Under the pieces are notes generated by a model that saw only the letters and a program-made list of their open reading frames with translations, was not told where the DNA came from and ran no database searches. From positions 134,728,001 through 134,792,000 of the forward strand of contig NC_058368.1 of NCBI RefSeq assembly GCF_018350175.1: a stretch of 64,000 nucleotides of DNA, read 5' to 3'. This stretch comes from Felis catus (Eukaryota). Position numbers and translations under genes: made by a program. Positions 38,101-50,592 of this stretch are shown piece by piece. Every line of letters begins with the position of its first letter. Within the stretch, counting starts at the first letter, position 1.

Positions 38101-39030
38101 ATGTTCATATGATTTTTATTTTTTAGTTCATGTGCTGTATCACATTGATTGATTTGCAGATGTTATATACCCTTCTTGTCTTCCTGGAATAAATTCCACT
38201 TGATCATGGTGTATGATTTCTTTCATGTATTGTCAAATAAAGATTGCTGATATTTTGTTCAGGATTATTGCATCTGTGTTCATCCGGGATATTAGAATTG
38301 TAATTTTCTTGTGGTTTTCTTACCTGGTTTTAGTATCAGAAAATGCTGGCCTCATTGAATGAGGGTGAAAGTGTTTCCCCCCTTTTCCTTTTTGGAAGAG
38401 GGTAAGAAGAATTAGTTAGTGGTTCAAATGTTTGGTAGAATTCACCAGTGAAACCATCTGGTCCTGAACTTTCTTTTGTTGGGAGGTTTTTGATTACTGA
38501 TTCAATCTCCTTACTTGTAATTGGTCTGTTTCCATTTTCCATTTTTTCATGATTCATACTTAGTAGTTGGTATGTTTCTAGGAATTTATCCATTTCTTCT
38601 AGGTTGTCCAGTTTGGGGTTTGTGGTTCTTATTGTTTTGGTGTATAATTGTTCATAGTAGTCTTTCAGAATCCTTTATATTCTTATGGTATCAGTTGTAA
38701 CATCTGTCATTTTTGATTTTTGAATCCTCTCTCTTTTTTCTTGGTGAAACTAGGTAAAGGTTTATTCGTTTATGTTATCAAAAAACCTGCTCTTAGTTTC
38801 ATTGATCTTTTCTTTTACAGTCTCTGTTTCATTTATTTCCAGTCTGATATTTGTAATTACTTTTCTTCTAACTTTGAGCTTAATTTGTTCTTCTTTTTCT
38901 AGTTCCTTAAGGCGTAAAGTTAGGTTGAGATTTTTTTCTTGTTTCTCAATGTAGGTGTTTATCATTTTAAACTTTATTTTTAATTTCTCTGTATTATTTT
39001 CATTTTTTATTTTTATTTTTTTAGTTTTCA
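35145..39030 (-). mobile_element. 5'-truncated LINE-1 with two tandem 3' UTRs, decayed ORF2
   Basis: MDKFLETY...RPITSKEIESVIKNLPTKESSGPDGFTGEFYQTF (38336-38593); KINETKSRFF; poly-T starts at ~35145 and ~35690. Confidence 0.96.
36311..36344 (+). pseudogene. 3'-truncated (tailless) U2 snRNA retropseudogene
   Basis: ATCGCTTCCCGGCCTTTTGGCTAAGATCAAGTGT matches U2 nt 1-34 (recalled) with one substitution; direct repeat gtgaacatggggatgcat at 36295-36312 and 36343-36360. Confidence 0.95.
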
Positions 39031-39303
39031 CCGTGTTCTCAGTACTATCTGATGCCTGAGTGAGCCCTCCCTGAAGCTTATGTTCCTTTGGACTTAACAG
39101 ATAGACTTAACAGACATTGAGTCAGTATTTTCCTTTATTAATTAAACCTTTATAAGTTGTATTTTCTGTTAGTTATATCTGAAATCATTTGTGTATCTTG
39201 GATATTTCCCAAGAAGACAAAATTGTTTTGAGCTAGGCGGGTACCTCAAGCTGTCTACACAAAGGAATGTGACTCCCTTTCACCTAAATCAAGAGTTGTC
39301 TTA

Positions 39304-39526
39304 GGGGTGACCGTGTGGCTCAGTAGGTTGAGCATTGGACTTCAGCTTGAGTCATGATCTCACAGTTTGTATGTTCGAGCCCCACAGTGGGCTCTGTGTT
39401 GACAACTCAGAGGCTGGAGCCTGCTTCAGATTCTGTGTCTCCCTCTCTCTATGCCCCTCCCCCACTCATACTCTGTTTCTCTGTCTCTCTCTCTCAAAAA
39501 TAAATATTGAAAAAAATTGGAAAGAC
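39304..39526 (+). mobile_element. CanSINE
   Basis: TSD aagag(t/c)tgtcttag. Confidence 0.96.
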
Positions 39527-39654
39527 AAGAGCTGTCTTAGAACACAAAAGTTTAATATAACAGAAGGGGACATGAGATCACATGGCATCCCTGTTGGCAT
39601 TACAACTCGGAATATTTGTTAGGAAGGGAGAATGATAGAAAAAGTACCTGGAAC

Positions 39655-39830
39655 TAAAGCTTACTGAGTGCTTGCTAGGTGCTGGCCTTGGTTCTTCACG
39701 TATTTTCCTGAATCCCCATGAAAACCTTATGTGTAGCTACTTTGACTACAGCAGATGGAGAAGCTGAGTCTCAGAGAAGTTAACTAACCTGGGCAAGATC
39801 GTGTTACAAAGCACCAAGCAGGTTTTCATC
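39655..39830 (-). mobile_element. MIR
   Basis: ttactgagtgctt...cagatggagaagctgagtctcagagaagttaactaacctg. Confidence 0.75.
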
Positions 39831-40123
39831 TGCCTCCGATGCTTCTCCCTCCTCTTCTCCTTTGACAGATCCCAGAAGTACTTCTCATATCAGTTCTGTT
39901 ATCATCACCATCAACCACTATTATCAGTGAGGATAAGGAAAGGAAGGCAGAAAAGCCCCTCTGGGCACATAAGTCTGTGGGAGTAGGAGTTGGGAGGTAC
40001 TGTGAACCCTCAGACTACTGTATTGGTTGCACAGGCTATCACATCTTATGGCTGTATGTACTCCATGTAGAATCACTGAATGTTGGAGCAGTGGGAGAAC
40101 ATTGTGTTGTCTACTCTGACATT

Positions 40124-40162
40124 AATATATATAATTATATATATTATTATATATAAATATAT

Positions 40163-40196
<34 letters not shown>
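40124..40196. repeat. (AT)n low-complexity tract
   Basis: ~70 bp of pure A/T, mostly alternating. Confidence 0.97.
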
Positions 40197-40198
<2 letters not shown>

Positions 40199-42589
40199 AG
40201 TTGATGGAACTGAGGCCAGAGAGCCGAAATGACCTTCCCTAAAGTCATATAGCAAGAGGCAGTGCTTAAACTAGAACCAGAGTGTGCTTTGGGCTCCACT
40301 TCTCTAATCCATAGCATAGTGTTTTTTGAGAGTTCTCATTTTGGAACCACACTACTGGGGTTCAGTGCTTGCCCCTGCCCCAGTGTAGGTCCAGCTGAGC
40401 AATCTTTTCAGACCTTGATTTCCTCGTGTGGTAAATGGGGCATAATAATAGCACCTATCTCTTGAACGTAAGTCGCATAAAACAACATCAGAAGCATGGT
40501 GAGTGCTAGGTCCTTCCTACCATTGACCAGCTCACAATTTACTATATCAGTGGCTTTGGTTCTTTTTCCATCTTGGCCCCATCTTGACCACCTTTCAGGA
40601 GTCTTGTACTGTCTTTATATCCAGTGTGAATTAGTTACAGTCAGTCCAGCATCTACTCTATATCTGCTCTAGAAAAGAACTTCTGCTGACTGTGGTATTA
40701 GACAAGAGGGACCCTAATTTTACTCTTAATCTGTATAAGCTTTGGTTTTTCCTTTTCTGCTTTTCCTGACTGTTGGTATTGAAGGAGCAAGGTTCAGTGT
40801 CCTCTCTCCTCTTTCTACCAGATTGCTATTGAGAGTTGCCACCAGGAAAGGATCTGATAAGCTCATTCATTCAGTGGCAACTTGCTGATAAGGCTTAACC
40901 AGTGACCTCTGCCCTTAGCTGCATTTTGTACTTTTACCAAAAGTTAAAGCCTAAACCAAAGGATCTGTAATGTTATGGTTTTAGTATCGGTCAAGACTGG
41001 GGCAGGTTTGCATTTTTGTTTTGTTTTGCTGGTGTGAGATAAGGGGCAAGGGAAAGGGAGGAAGCCCATGTCTTTCCTATGAATCCAGGTTCCACACCTC
41101 AACCAAGAAGGGAGCTAACTAGGTGAGCAGGTGGGAAAGAGGTGTTGGATTTTCCCCAGGACTTCCTGAGGCAGCAGAGCAGGGATAGAAAATCAGAAGT
41201 GCCTTCAGGGGAGCCAGGGAGTTGAGGGAGAAGGCAGATCTACCAAGAAGCAAAAGCCTTTACTGAGGACGAAAGGTACCTTTACTGAGGTAGCATGCAT
41301 TGTATCTAAGATGCCCGAATAGGACACTGTGATCCATGAGTGACCTTAGGAGTGAGTCTGAACCCAGAGCTCATACCGTTTTACTTGAGCTTGGTCTGTG
41401 CTCTGGGGCACAAACAAATTCAAGGCACCAAGACACAAACGCTCCTTACTCCACACTCGTGGTACTTTTAGAACTGGTAGTGGGAGCTGGGGGATATGTT
41501 GGCCAGTGTGGCCAAGAGTTGGCTGGACCCTGGAAGAGCAGCAGAACTCCATCTAGATCAACCCACCAGTTCCCTCTGTGCCTCCTTCTCACAGAGTTCT
41601 CTGGAGATATGAGGAGGAAGTGGATCCACAGAAACTGGAAGTCTAGGTGTGATAGCTCATCTGCTAGAAGAGAAGGCCTAGGTCAGGAACCTACCTTTGG
41701 GCGGGGAAGGAGGGAGGGGTGAGGAAGCAGAAGACCCTCATACCTTCCTGTTTAGGGGCCCCAGAGGTTATTATAAGGCTTTATGCAGCAAACACTACAG
41801 ACTCAACAGATCCATGTTTTCACACAGAGATGCTACCGGTTTTCCAGATGTATATGGAAGCCGTAGTGTGGTTATGTGATTAATATCCCTAATTTATAAT
41901 TCTTTATTTTGTCAATGAACACAACTACTATCATATGGGGACCCATAAAATTTTATTGACTTGCCAAAGAGATTCTTGTTCTTGAAAAGATTGAAAACAT
42001 TGGGCTGCATCATTGCCTTTGCATTATCACTGCCATGTGCTTCAGTCATAAGCTTATGAATATGATCCCTTTGCCTACCACCAGAGGATATTTATTCGGT
42101 GTCCTATTCAGAACACTGGATAAAATAAATAAGTCTCTTAAAAACTTCCTTTAAAATATCCGTCAGTGTATTTCCACTGAGGAAAATCCTTTCTGCTTTT
42201 CCCTGGGGTGAATTCACCTAACCATCTTTCTTCATCCATCTTGTTCCTTATGTAGATTTGGGTGCAGATTCTTTTGGATAAAATGGAAGTCCACTTTCTG
42301 AATCTTCCTACTCAAAAAAAAAAAAAATGGCATATGTGACCTATAGGAAGGATATACCTAGGTAATCTAGGACCTTGATAAGATGTTAAAAAGCTTGATA
42401 CTCAGATTGCTAGTTAAATAACAGTTCAAGGTCAAAGGCACACTGCTGACTTTGTTCATTTTTTTCTCACTAAAGTGAGCTATCAGAATCGGACAATTTT
42501 CAGTGACATTTCTAACATAGTAATAAAGTTTCAACTTTTTTAATTAAAAAAGTATAGTGTAAAATATTTAAATAAGGAAGAAGGGAACA

Positions 42590-42811
42590 GGGGTGCCTGG
42601 GTGGCTCAGTCAGTTAAGTGTCCAACTTTGGCTCAGGTCATGATCTCACGGTTTGTGGGTTCGAGCCCCAAATCAGGCTCTGTGATGACAGCCTGGAGTC
42701 TGGAAGCTGCTTCAGATTCTGTGTCTCCCTCTCTCTCTGCCCCTCCCCTGCTCACGCTCTGTCTCTCTCTGTCTTGCAAAAATAAAGTGTTAAAAAATAT
42801 TTTTAAAAAGA
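42590..42811 (+). mobile_element. CanSINE
   Basis: TSD aagaag(g/t)gaaca at 42578-42589 and 42812-42823. Confidence 0.96.
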
Positions 42812-43299
42812 AAGAAGTGAACAAAGAAAAAGTACCCTCATTAGTTCAGAGACAGAAGTGATTAAAATTTAAAGTGTCTTCTTAGATAAGAACTGTGCTT
42901 TACATCTGTGGTTATTTTATTTATTTTTATTTTGTATATACTGTAGACATCCAAACAAATGTTGTATATGCAACACTGGAAAAACGATACTTTATTTTAA
43001 ACTTCTTTCCTCCTTCATCGTCTTTGTCCTCCTCTTTATCATCATCACAGGATCATTTGCCTTTTGTGGGTTTTTTTTGGGGGTGGGGGAAATGATTCTA
43101 CCTCATCCATATTTTTCTGTAATTCTCTGTAATGAAGAGTAGATATTGTTGTGTGTGTAAATTACTGACTTTTACTACGTACTCCCATGGCCAACTCAGC
43201 AGTTCCAGGCCAGTCGTCTGACACTTTGAATTGAAAATTTATAAGGCATAAGCTATCTGTTTCCCCAAGAAAGAATAAAAGTTATTTTATAGTCATACC

Positions 43300-43500
43300 A
43301 AGATTGGATTTCTGGCTGTACTATTGATAAGCTGTGTAATAATATCGAACAAGTTACTTAACCTTTCTGACACTCAGTGTCCTCTTCTGTTAAAAAAAAA
43401 GAAAACACCAAAACCTTGCAGGGTTGTGTGAGCAAGAAAATGAACATAAAGTACCTAATTCAGTACCTGGCACATAAAAGTTGTCAGGAAACGATAGTTA
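43300..43500 (+). mobile_element. MIR
   Basis: caagttacttaacctttctg..ctcagt..cctcttctgt...cagtacctggcacata. Confidence 0.8.
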
Positions 43501-43504
43501 CTAA

Positions 43505-44400
43505 TAAACGCGATCATCGGTCCAGATCACGAGACGATAATCTCCTTTGATTGCACCGAAATATAACTTAGAGCTCCTTCTGTCCCTTCCCCTCCCCTCT
43601 GTAATCAAGGGTCTCGGCCAGTAACTGTGCTGGTTTGTTATCTGAGCGAGTCTTGGCCATTAAGCAACGTCAGGGTCTTTGTTATTGTTTTCATCACCAC
43701 TGGCTGCGCAGAGAAAGCCCAAGCCACGGGGTACATCTCTGCCTGCCAAGGTCCTGTATTCCTGAAACAAAAACGCAATAAAAACGGCAGTTAGTGTCAG
43801 ACACCAAGGCTGGGCTTGGGAGCGGGCAGGGAGGGCCTCCTCCTCCTTGCTCCTCAGCACCTGTCGCTGGGTCCGGGATGGCCCCAGGCTGGGCAGTCCT
43901 GCTTCCTCCTCCCCCCACCCAGTTCCCCGGCAGCTCCGGACCCTCAGCTCCCAGCAACACGGCCCGCCCTGCGACTAGAAAGCGCCCATTGAGGGCTTGC
44001 AGCTGCCAGTGCCGCTTGCCCAAATACTAAATAAAGCCTCAAGTTCAGTTCCAGCGAAGAAGTCACTACTGTGTTCTTCCTGAGCCTCAGTCACGGCTAT
44101 CAAACATTCAAAGCAAACTGGCCATGGTTAAACACTGCATGTGTTTACACCCCGAATCTTGAATCACAATGGAGCGGCTTGAGCTGCCGAGGCCGGCGAG
44201 GCCCGGCTTGATCCTGGACCCTGGAGTCTGTTCTCTGACCCACCGGACAGGAGTCAAGTTGAGTAAATACCATATCGCTTTGCTTTTGCTAGATGTTTGC
44301 TCCCTGGGACTTCAGTAGGATTGTCTCCGGGTGGGGTCGAAGGGCACACGCTTGCAGAATCAGGATGCCCTCTCACATTAGCGGGTCTTCAGAAGCTTTC
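43505..44400. promoter_or_regulatory. CpG-enriched unique region (candidate enhancer/alternative promoter)
   Basis: GC-rich, many retained CpGs, GC box (cccgccc ~43943) in an otherwise CpG-depleted window. Confidence 0.5.
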
Positions 44401-44630
44401 TGGCCTTGTAAGCCATCCCAAAAGAAAACCCAAGCTACTTAAAAGCAAATATATTCAAATGAAAGGATAACTGGAATCCCTAAAAAACTGCTTTGAAGAC
44501 AAAGTGGGCACGGGAAAGTGCATGAAAGACGGATAGCAGTGTGGTTATTGGGGAAGCGGAGTGAGAGATGGGTACCCGGGACCTTCCTATGCTGTTCTCT
44601 CTTCTGGAGAGTTTAAAAATGGAGTGCAAT

Positions 44631-44840
44631 GGGACGCCTGGGTGGCTCAGTCCTTTGAGCACCTGACATTGGCTCAGGTCATGATCTCGCCATTAGTGAG
44701 TTCCAGCCCTGCTTCCTGTGGGGCACAGAGTCTGCTTGAGATTCTCTCTCTCTCCCTCTCTCTGCCCCTTCCCCACTCGTGCACATGCACACTCTCTCTC
44801 TCTCTCTCAGAAATAAATGAATAAACTTAAAAAAATAAAA
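44631..44840 (+). mobile_element. CanSINE
   Basis: TSD aaaat(g/t)gagtgca. Confidence 0.94.
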
Positions 44841-46059
44841 ATTGAGTGCATTAAAAAACACAATAAACCTTTTCGGTCTCCTCTTCTCTCAGGCTAAAAT
44901 ACAAAATGTGGATTTTTTTTTAAATGTTAGGTCTATTCTGTTTTTAACTTTCACGCTTATTTTTCTTTAGCATGTCAGAATTTAGGTTTTTTTTTTCTAG
45001 TTACAGAAAAGTACATTATAATTGTGGTAAATTGAGAAATGTGGAAAAGAAGTATAATGAGGAAAATATAAGTCCCATGTCCTTAAATTAGCACTGATGT
45101 TTTTGTGTATTTCCTTTCAGTTTTTATATGTGCACACATACACAGATGAAAAGAAGTTTTCAATGTGCTTAAATGGAATCCGGTTCTATTCAGGTTTATA
45201 CCATGGTTTTTTCCACCTCTGGTGACCACTGCATATGCCATTAGATGTTCTTAAAAGAATGACTTGTAATGACTTTGGAATAGTTTCACCCTAAGGATCT
45301 TGATGCCAAGAAAAGGTTCAGAACAGAGTTTTACGCACACCATGCCATACTTGAACAAAATCGGACAGGATTTTTGTAACTAGAGATTACAAGAAAATTT
45401 ATTTTGCACTAGATAACCCCTTTCTTCGGAAGGATAGAAGAAGTGTGGCCGGATTCCACATAGTATTCGGGAAGTACAAATGTAAGAGTAAGAAGTTTTC
45501 TCACCTTCAGATGTGCTCTGCGAGGGAAATGAGAAGGAGGAGTGAACATACAGCACAAGGATGGGGTGTGGATGAGAAGAGCAAAGCCAGAAGCGGGAGG
45601 TAGCGACTTGCCTCGCGCACACCCCCGACTATGCCTCGCACCAGCCTTACACCGGCTGATGTGATTTCATCGCTTAACTAAGAACCGTGGAATCAAAACC
45701 CAAAAGGATTCAGAGGAAGAATCACAAATATTAAGAGGAAAAGATGTGTGACCTACCAGAAATGCAGGGGTGACAAAGTGGTGGCAGACAGATCCAAGGA
45801 CGGGGCCTTGAGCCTGGCCTAAGCCCCTGCTGCACAGAGAGCCATCTGTGCTGTGGGTACGAAGACAGATGAGTCAGCCCCAGTCTGATGGAGGACACAG
45901 GCTATAGGCAAGCCTTTTTCACGCAGCACTAGGGTTGCATATAGAGAGAAATGAATGAAGTCCCATGGGAGCCCAACAGACGCGAGGAGAGGGCTCACAG
46001 AAGATCAGAAGATCACAGAGATGAAGCGACAGTGGAGGTGAGTTAAGAAAAATGGAACC

Positions 46060-46282
46060 GGGGCGCCTGGGTGGCGCAGTCGGTTAAGCGTCTGACTTCA
46101 GCCAGGTCACGATCTCGCGGTCCGTGAGTTCGAGCCCTGCGTCAGGCTCTGGGCTGATGGCTCAGAGCCTGGAGCCTGTTTCCGATTCTGTGTCTCCCTC
46201 TCTCTCTGCCCCTCCCCCGTTCATGCTCTGTCTCTCTCTGTCCCAAAAATAAATAAACGTTGAAAAAAAATTAAAAAGAAAA
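46060..46282 (+). mobile_element. Young CanSINE (SINEC_Fc-like)
   Basis: Intact A/B boxes, CpGs retained; TSD aagaaaaatg(g/a)aacc at 46045-46059 and 46283-46297. Confidence 0.97.
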
Positions 46283-46547
46283 AAGAAAAATGAAACCTCG
46301 CAACCATAGGAGAAAAGGAGAAGCAGTGGAGGAACTTTGCACAATTGGGTTGGCAAAGGAAAGTAACTGTATTAAATTTTTTTTTTCTTCAGGGGCTTAG
46401 GACCCAAAGTTATTTGATACAGTCTTGTCCTTTTGTTGTTGTTGTTGTTGTTAGAAGTGTTCCTGAGAAGCCTTGCACAGGACAAACTTTGATATTTTAA
46501 GTATATTTCAAACAAATAAAAGGAGAGCCTATTTAAAGGAGAACCTA

Positions 46548-46762
46548 GGGGCACCTGGGTGGCTCAGTCGGTGGAGCGTCCGACTTCGGCTTGGGTCATG
46601 ATCTCACAGCGTGTGAGTTCAAGCCCCACGTCCGGCTCTGTGCTGACAGCTCTGTGCCTGGAGCCTGCTTCACATTCTGTGTCTCCCCGTCTCTCTCGGC
46701 TCCTCCCCTGCTCATGCTGTGTGTCTCTCTAGCTCTCAATAATAAATAAATGTTAAAAAAAA
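46548..46762 (+). mobile_element. CanSINE
   Basis: Full element flanked by taa(a/g)ggagaa(c/a)ct repeats. Confidence 0.96.
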
Positions 46763-46782
46763 ATTTAAGGGAGAAACTTACC

Positions 46783-46992
46783 GGGCCGTCTGGGTGGCTC
46801 AGTTGGTTAAGCATCTGACTTCGGCTCAGGTCATGATCTCTCGGTTTGTAAGTTCGAGTCCCACCTCGGGCTCTGTGCTGACAGCTCAGAGCCTGGAGCC
46901 TGCTTCAGATTCTGTCTCCTTCTCTCTCTGCCGCTCCCCCCCCCCCAAAAAATAAACATTAAAAACTTTTTTTAAATAACTAAATAAATAAG
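46783..46992 (+). mobile_element. CanSINE
   Basis: Full element followed by taaaggagcaccttac. Confidence 0.95.
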
Positions 46993-48261
46993 ATAAAGGA
47001 GCACCTTACTGTGAATTTGTTTATGTAGATAACCCCTTATTTTCTGGGTTGTCGTTTGTATTTTTTCTACATGGGACTTGACATATCACCTGTGGTGATA
47101 TGCAACCATGAAAATAGATGTCTCCCCACTTGTTCTATTCATTAGTTTCAAACACAAAAGGACCTCCAGTTTTATGTTTATTTGCTGACATCTCCCCCTA
47201 TCCTCACACCTGTACTTATTGTACCTTTAGAGTGAATATGTTAAAATTCAGATGACAAAAGGGAGGCAGTAGCACAGGCACACATGGCCAGGGTGAAAAA
47301 AAGTTTATTCTCAAAGCTACTATATTGGCAAAGCTGACTTAGTGTCTTTAATTCTCAGAATTTTTTTTAAAACCTGTTTGCATTCTCCCCCCCAGCTGAC
47401 AAAGTGTCTGTTAAGATGGGTCAGGAGTATAATTGCAACTTTGCAAATAGAGAAACCGAAATGAAGAGGCAAGGTCAGACGCTAGCTGCTCCACTTGGTG
47501 GGGCCTTAAATTGTCACCTGTTGAAATGGAGCTATTTTCTGCAGTGACTGAAAGCTGCATCCTCCGACAGGCTTCAGGTCTGTCAAAGTCATGAAGCCCT
47601 CATTTTTAGGAGATGGCTCATGCTTCACTCCCCGCCTTGAGTTAGAGTACTTGAATCTTGATGGTGTTGAAAATGCCTGCAAATTCCTGATCGGAGGATT
47701 GTGCGCCATGAAATATAGCTGGAAGGGTGGGAGGCAGGGAGTCTATTCTTATCTTTCTGTATTTTTCCTCTGATCACCAGGCCAGAATGTGTTTCACTGT
47801 GGTTAGAGTAAATAAAGACTCAGAGTGACTTTTTTTTTTTCAAACAAAAACAAAAAATTCAGTTGTCCTGAGGAGCACTGATAATGTGAAATAGTACAAC
47901 TGTAGTTGTTATTTCAAAGGTCATCTCGGTTTTACAAAAAAAAAAAAAAAAAAAAAAGACAATAAAGGGTCATCTTGGTTTCAAATTTCTTAAATTTTTG
48001 TTTTTTTAGAATATAATGTTCCGTGCATGCGTTCCTAGTTTGAGCAAACAGGCTACTTTTCAAGGCTATACTTAAAAAAAAGAAAAAAAAAGTATTTTAG
48101 AACATTGCCTGACTCCATTTGTGAAGGTTTTAGGTGGCATGTGCCATTGTTGTTTCTCTCCGGAAGCATGGACTGTATATCCACTGGAAAATTTATTGTA
48201 ATGTAAGTGTTTCTGGGGTAACCGTGATTTTGGATTAATTATCTCGAGAGTAACTTTGGTG

Positions 48262-48700
48262 AGGATAATGTTCTGGTTACTCTCGCTGCATAACAAATTA
48301 CTCCAAACCAAGAGCAGCAAACACCACTTTATTCTGCTCACCGTCTTGTGGGCTGGAAATTCAGGAAGAGCTCAGTGTGGGCAGGTCAGATGCTCCCGAG
48401 GCTGCTGTCATCGGAGGCTCCCCGGAGCTTTCTCACAGCCCCACAGTTGAAGAGTCCCATGGGACCTCAGCAGTGGTAGGTAACAGAGCACTTCCATCAG
48501 CGTGGCGGCCTCAGGGTAGTCAGACTTGCCCCCTGGTAAATGGCTCCTGCCACAATGATTGTCCCAAAAGAACCAGGCAGAAGCCTTTTCCACCCTAGCC
48601 TCTGACATGACAGAACATGACTGCTGCAAGACTCAGTTGGTTACAAATGACTTGCTAATATTGACCCCTTTTGTAGAAGGAATAGCACAGACATTCCTAA
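48262..48700 (-). mobile_element. MaLR solo LTR (MLT1-type)
   Basis: gctgcataacaaattactccaaa...ttattctgctcac...ggaaattcagg...ccaggcagaagc. Confidence 0.7.
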
Positions 48701-50149
48701 ACTGCCCTACGTGTGGTTTTGTGTTTCTCTTTAAGAATAACAGTTTAGTGTATATTATCTTCGACCAGTAATCTGGATCCTCCTTAAGACCCCACAAGTT
48801 TATGAGTTCATTTTGTACATCCAGAAGGTAGCATGGTTCTCTGTTCTAGCAGATACTCCACAATGTTTGTTAAACTAAACAGAGGGTTGACTAGCTCAGA
48901 ACCCTGCCATCCAAATGAAGAAGGTACTTTGTGGCCAACAAATTCTTACCTTTGTTAAGTTAAAAGGGTTAGCATGCCAATAACACCACTCTAATATGGA
49001 GATAACAGAAAAACGTGGATTTTTAAAGGTCAGGGAGTCAGAAATCATGTGGTCCCACCCTCCCCCACACCTTCCCAGCCCTCCTCACCCCATTCCAGTT
49101 TTACAGCTGAGGCACTGAGAAGTTAAGTGACTTAAATTAAACAATAGAGGTAGAGTCTCCATTTGTAAAATTCTAGCCATTGCATCTTTTCCATTATAAA
49201 ACATTTTTGCCGGTCACTGTTCAGTTATGACTGTATCAAAAATTGCAGGGTCAGTGAGGTTCAGGTCTTTTTATATATGTGGCTGAGGTCAGTGAGACAC
49301 TGTGTCCTTGTCCTTTCTACCCACTCCATTGGGCAGACACGGAAAATCTCAGAAAGATGGCGCCAGCCATAAGACTCCCAAGTGGCTCTCTTCAGATCCA
49401 GGTCAGAAAAACTAATTTTCTGAACCTTTTCTCATGTCTTCCACCAAACTCTTGTAGTTTTACATCAGGGGCATTGCTGAGTCTGGAAGGCTTCCTGTGG
49501 TTTACAAAAGGCCTGTGAGGAAATGGAGATGTCCCTGAGCCGGCCTAAATCTGGGACAGGGTCCTATTGTATGTTCAGGGGGTGACCACATGTGGTACTG
49601 TGATATGCTAAAACAGTCATCCTAGCTGTTGTGGGTCTTGAAGGCTGAATATCAAGCCACCTCTTCTGCATCACAAAGATGCAGTTTGTCAGAAAGAATG
49701 GCGTTTTTAACACTACCATTCAGTTACTTAACAAGGAAAGAAATCACACCTTCTCCTTTGAAGTTTCTATAGTTTCCTTAAGCCAGAGAAGGCTGTTGCC
49801 TTAGCCTGTGTCTGGGCTGTGTAAGAGGCTTTTCCAATTTAGTAAATTCCATATTTATTGGGAAAGACAAATCATAGAACTAATGTCTGGGACCTTTTCT
49901 TAAGCTAATTTCTTAGGTCAGTAGATACTGCTTTAATTCATCGAAGTGCTGTTTGTGGAAGCAACTAGCTTATAAGGAGTACTTCATACATGTTAATTCC
50001 CCTTTTGTTTCCCACCGCACTGAATAGTGAGTGACTCATGTTCACAATGCTGAGTATTTGTGTTAAATCCTCTGAATATTAGTTAGCAAGAAAAAAAGTC
50101 ATGCATTTGGCCTCCCAAATTTACTGAGGCACAAAAGGCTTTCTCCTAA

Positions 50150-50592
50150 GTTCTTTCTCTTTGGTCAGGGATCTCCAGAGAACAAATAGAATAAACACAC
50201 ACACACACATACACATATGGAAAAACATTTATTATAAGGAATCCGCTCATGTGATATTGGAGGCTGACAAATCCCAAGATTTGCTGTTGACAAGTTGGAG
50301 ACCCCAGGAGAGCTGATGGTTTAGTTCCAATCTGAGTCCAAAAGCCTGAGAACGGGAGAACCAATAGTCTTGTTCCAGTCCAAAAGCCAGCAGGCTTGAG
50401 ACTCAGGAAGGGCCAGCGTTTTTAGTTTGAGTCCAAAGCAGGAAAAAGATAGCATCTCGGCTCAGGGTGGTCAGGCAGGAGGAAATTCCCTCTTACTGGT
50501 GGGAGAGTCAGCGTTTTTGTTCTGGTCAGGTCCTCACTGATTGGATGGGACCCCATGGCCCAGTCCAGCTGACACGTAAAATGAACCATCAT
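50150..50592 (-). mobile_element. ERVL solo LTR (MLT2-type)
   Basis: ctccagagaa...(CA)n...tataaggaat..gctcatgtgat..tggaggctgacaa...ggagacccaggagagctgatgg...gctgacacgtaaaatgaaccatca. Confidence 0.9.

Noticed and set aside
41257..41290. cctttactgagg direct repeat with ctgagga-cgaaa resembling a hammerhead core
   Set aside because: No stem II between CUGANGA and GAAA; just a 12-bp local duplication.
43660..44030. Gly/Pro-rich ORFs on both strands
   Set aside because: Expected from stop-poor GC-rich DNA; no recognisable homology.
47486..47505. CTCF-like ccacttggtggggc
   Set aside because: Two mismatches at high-information positions.
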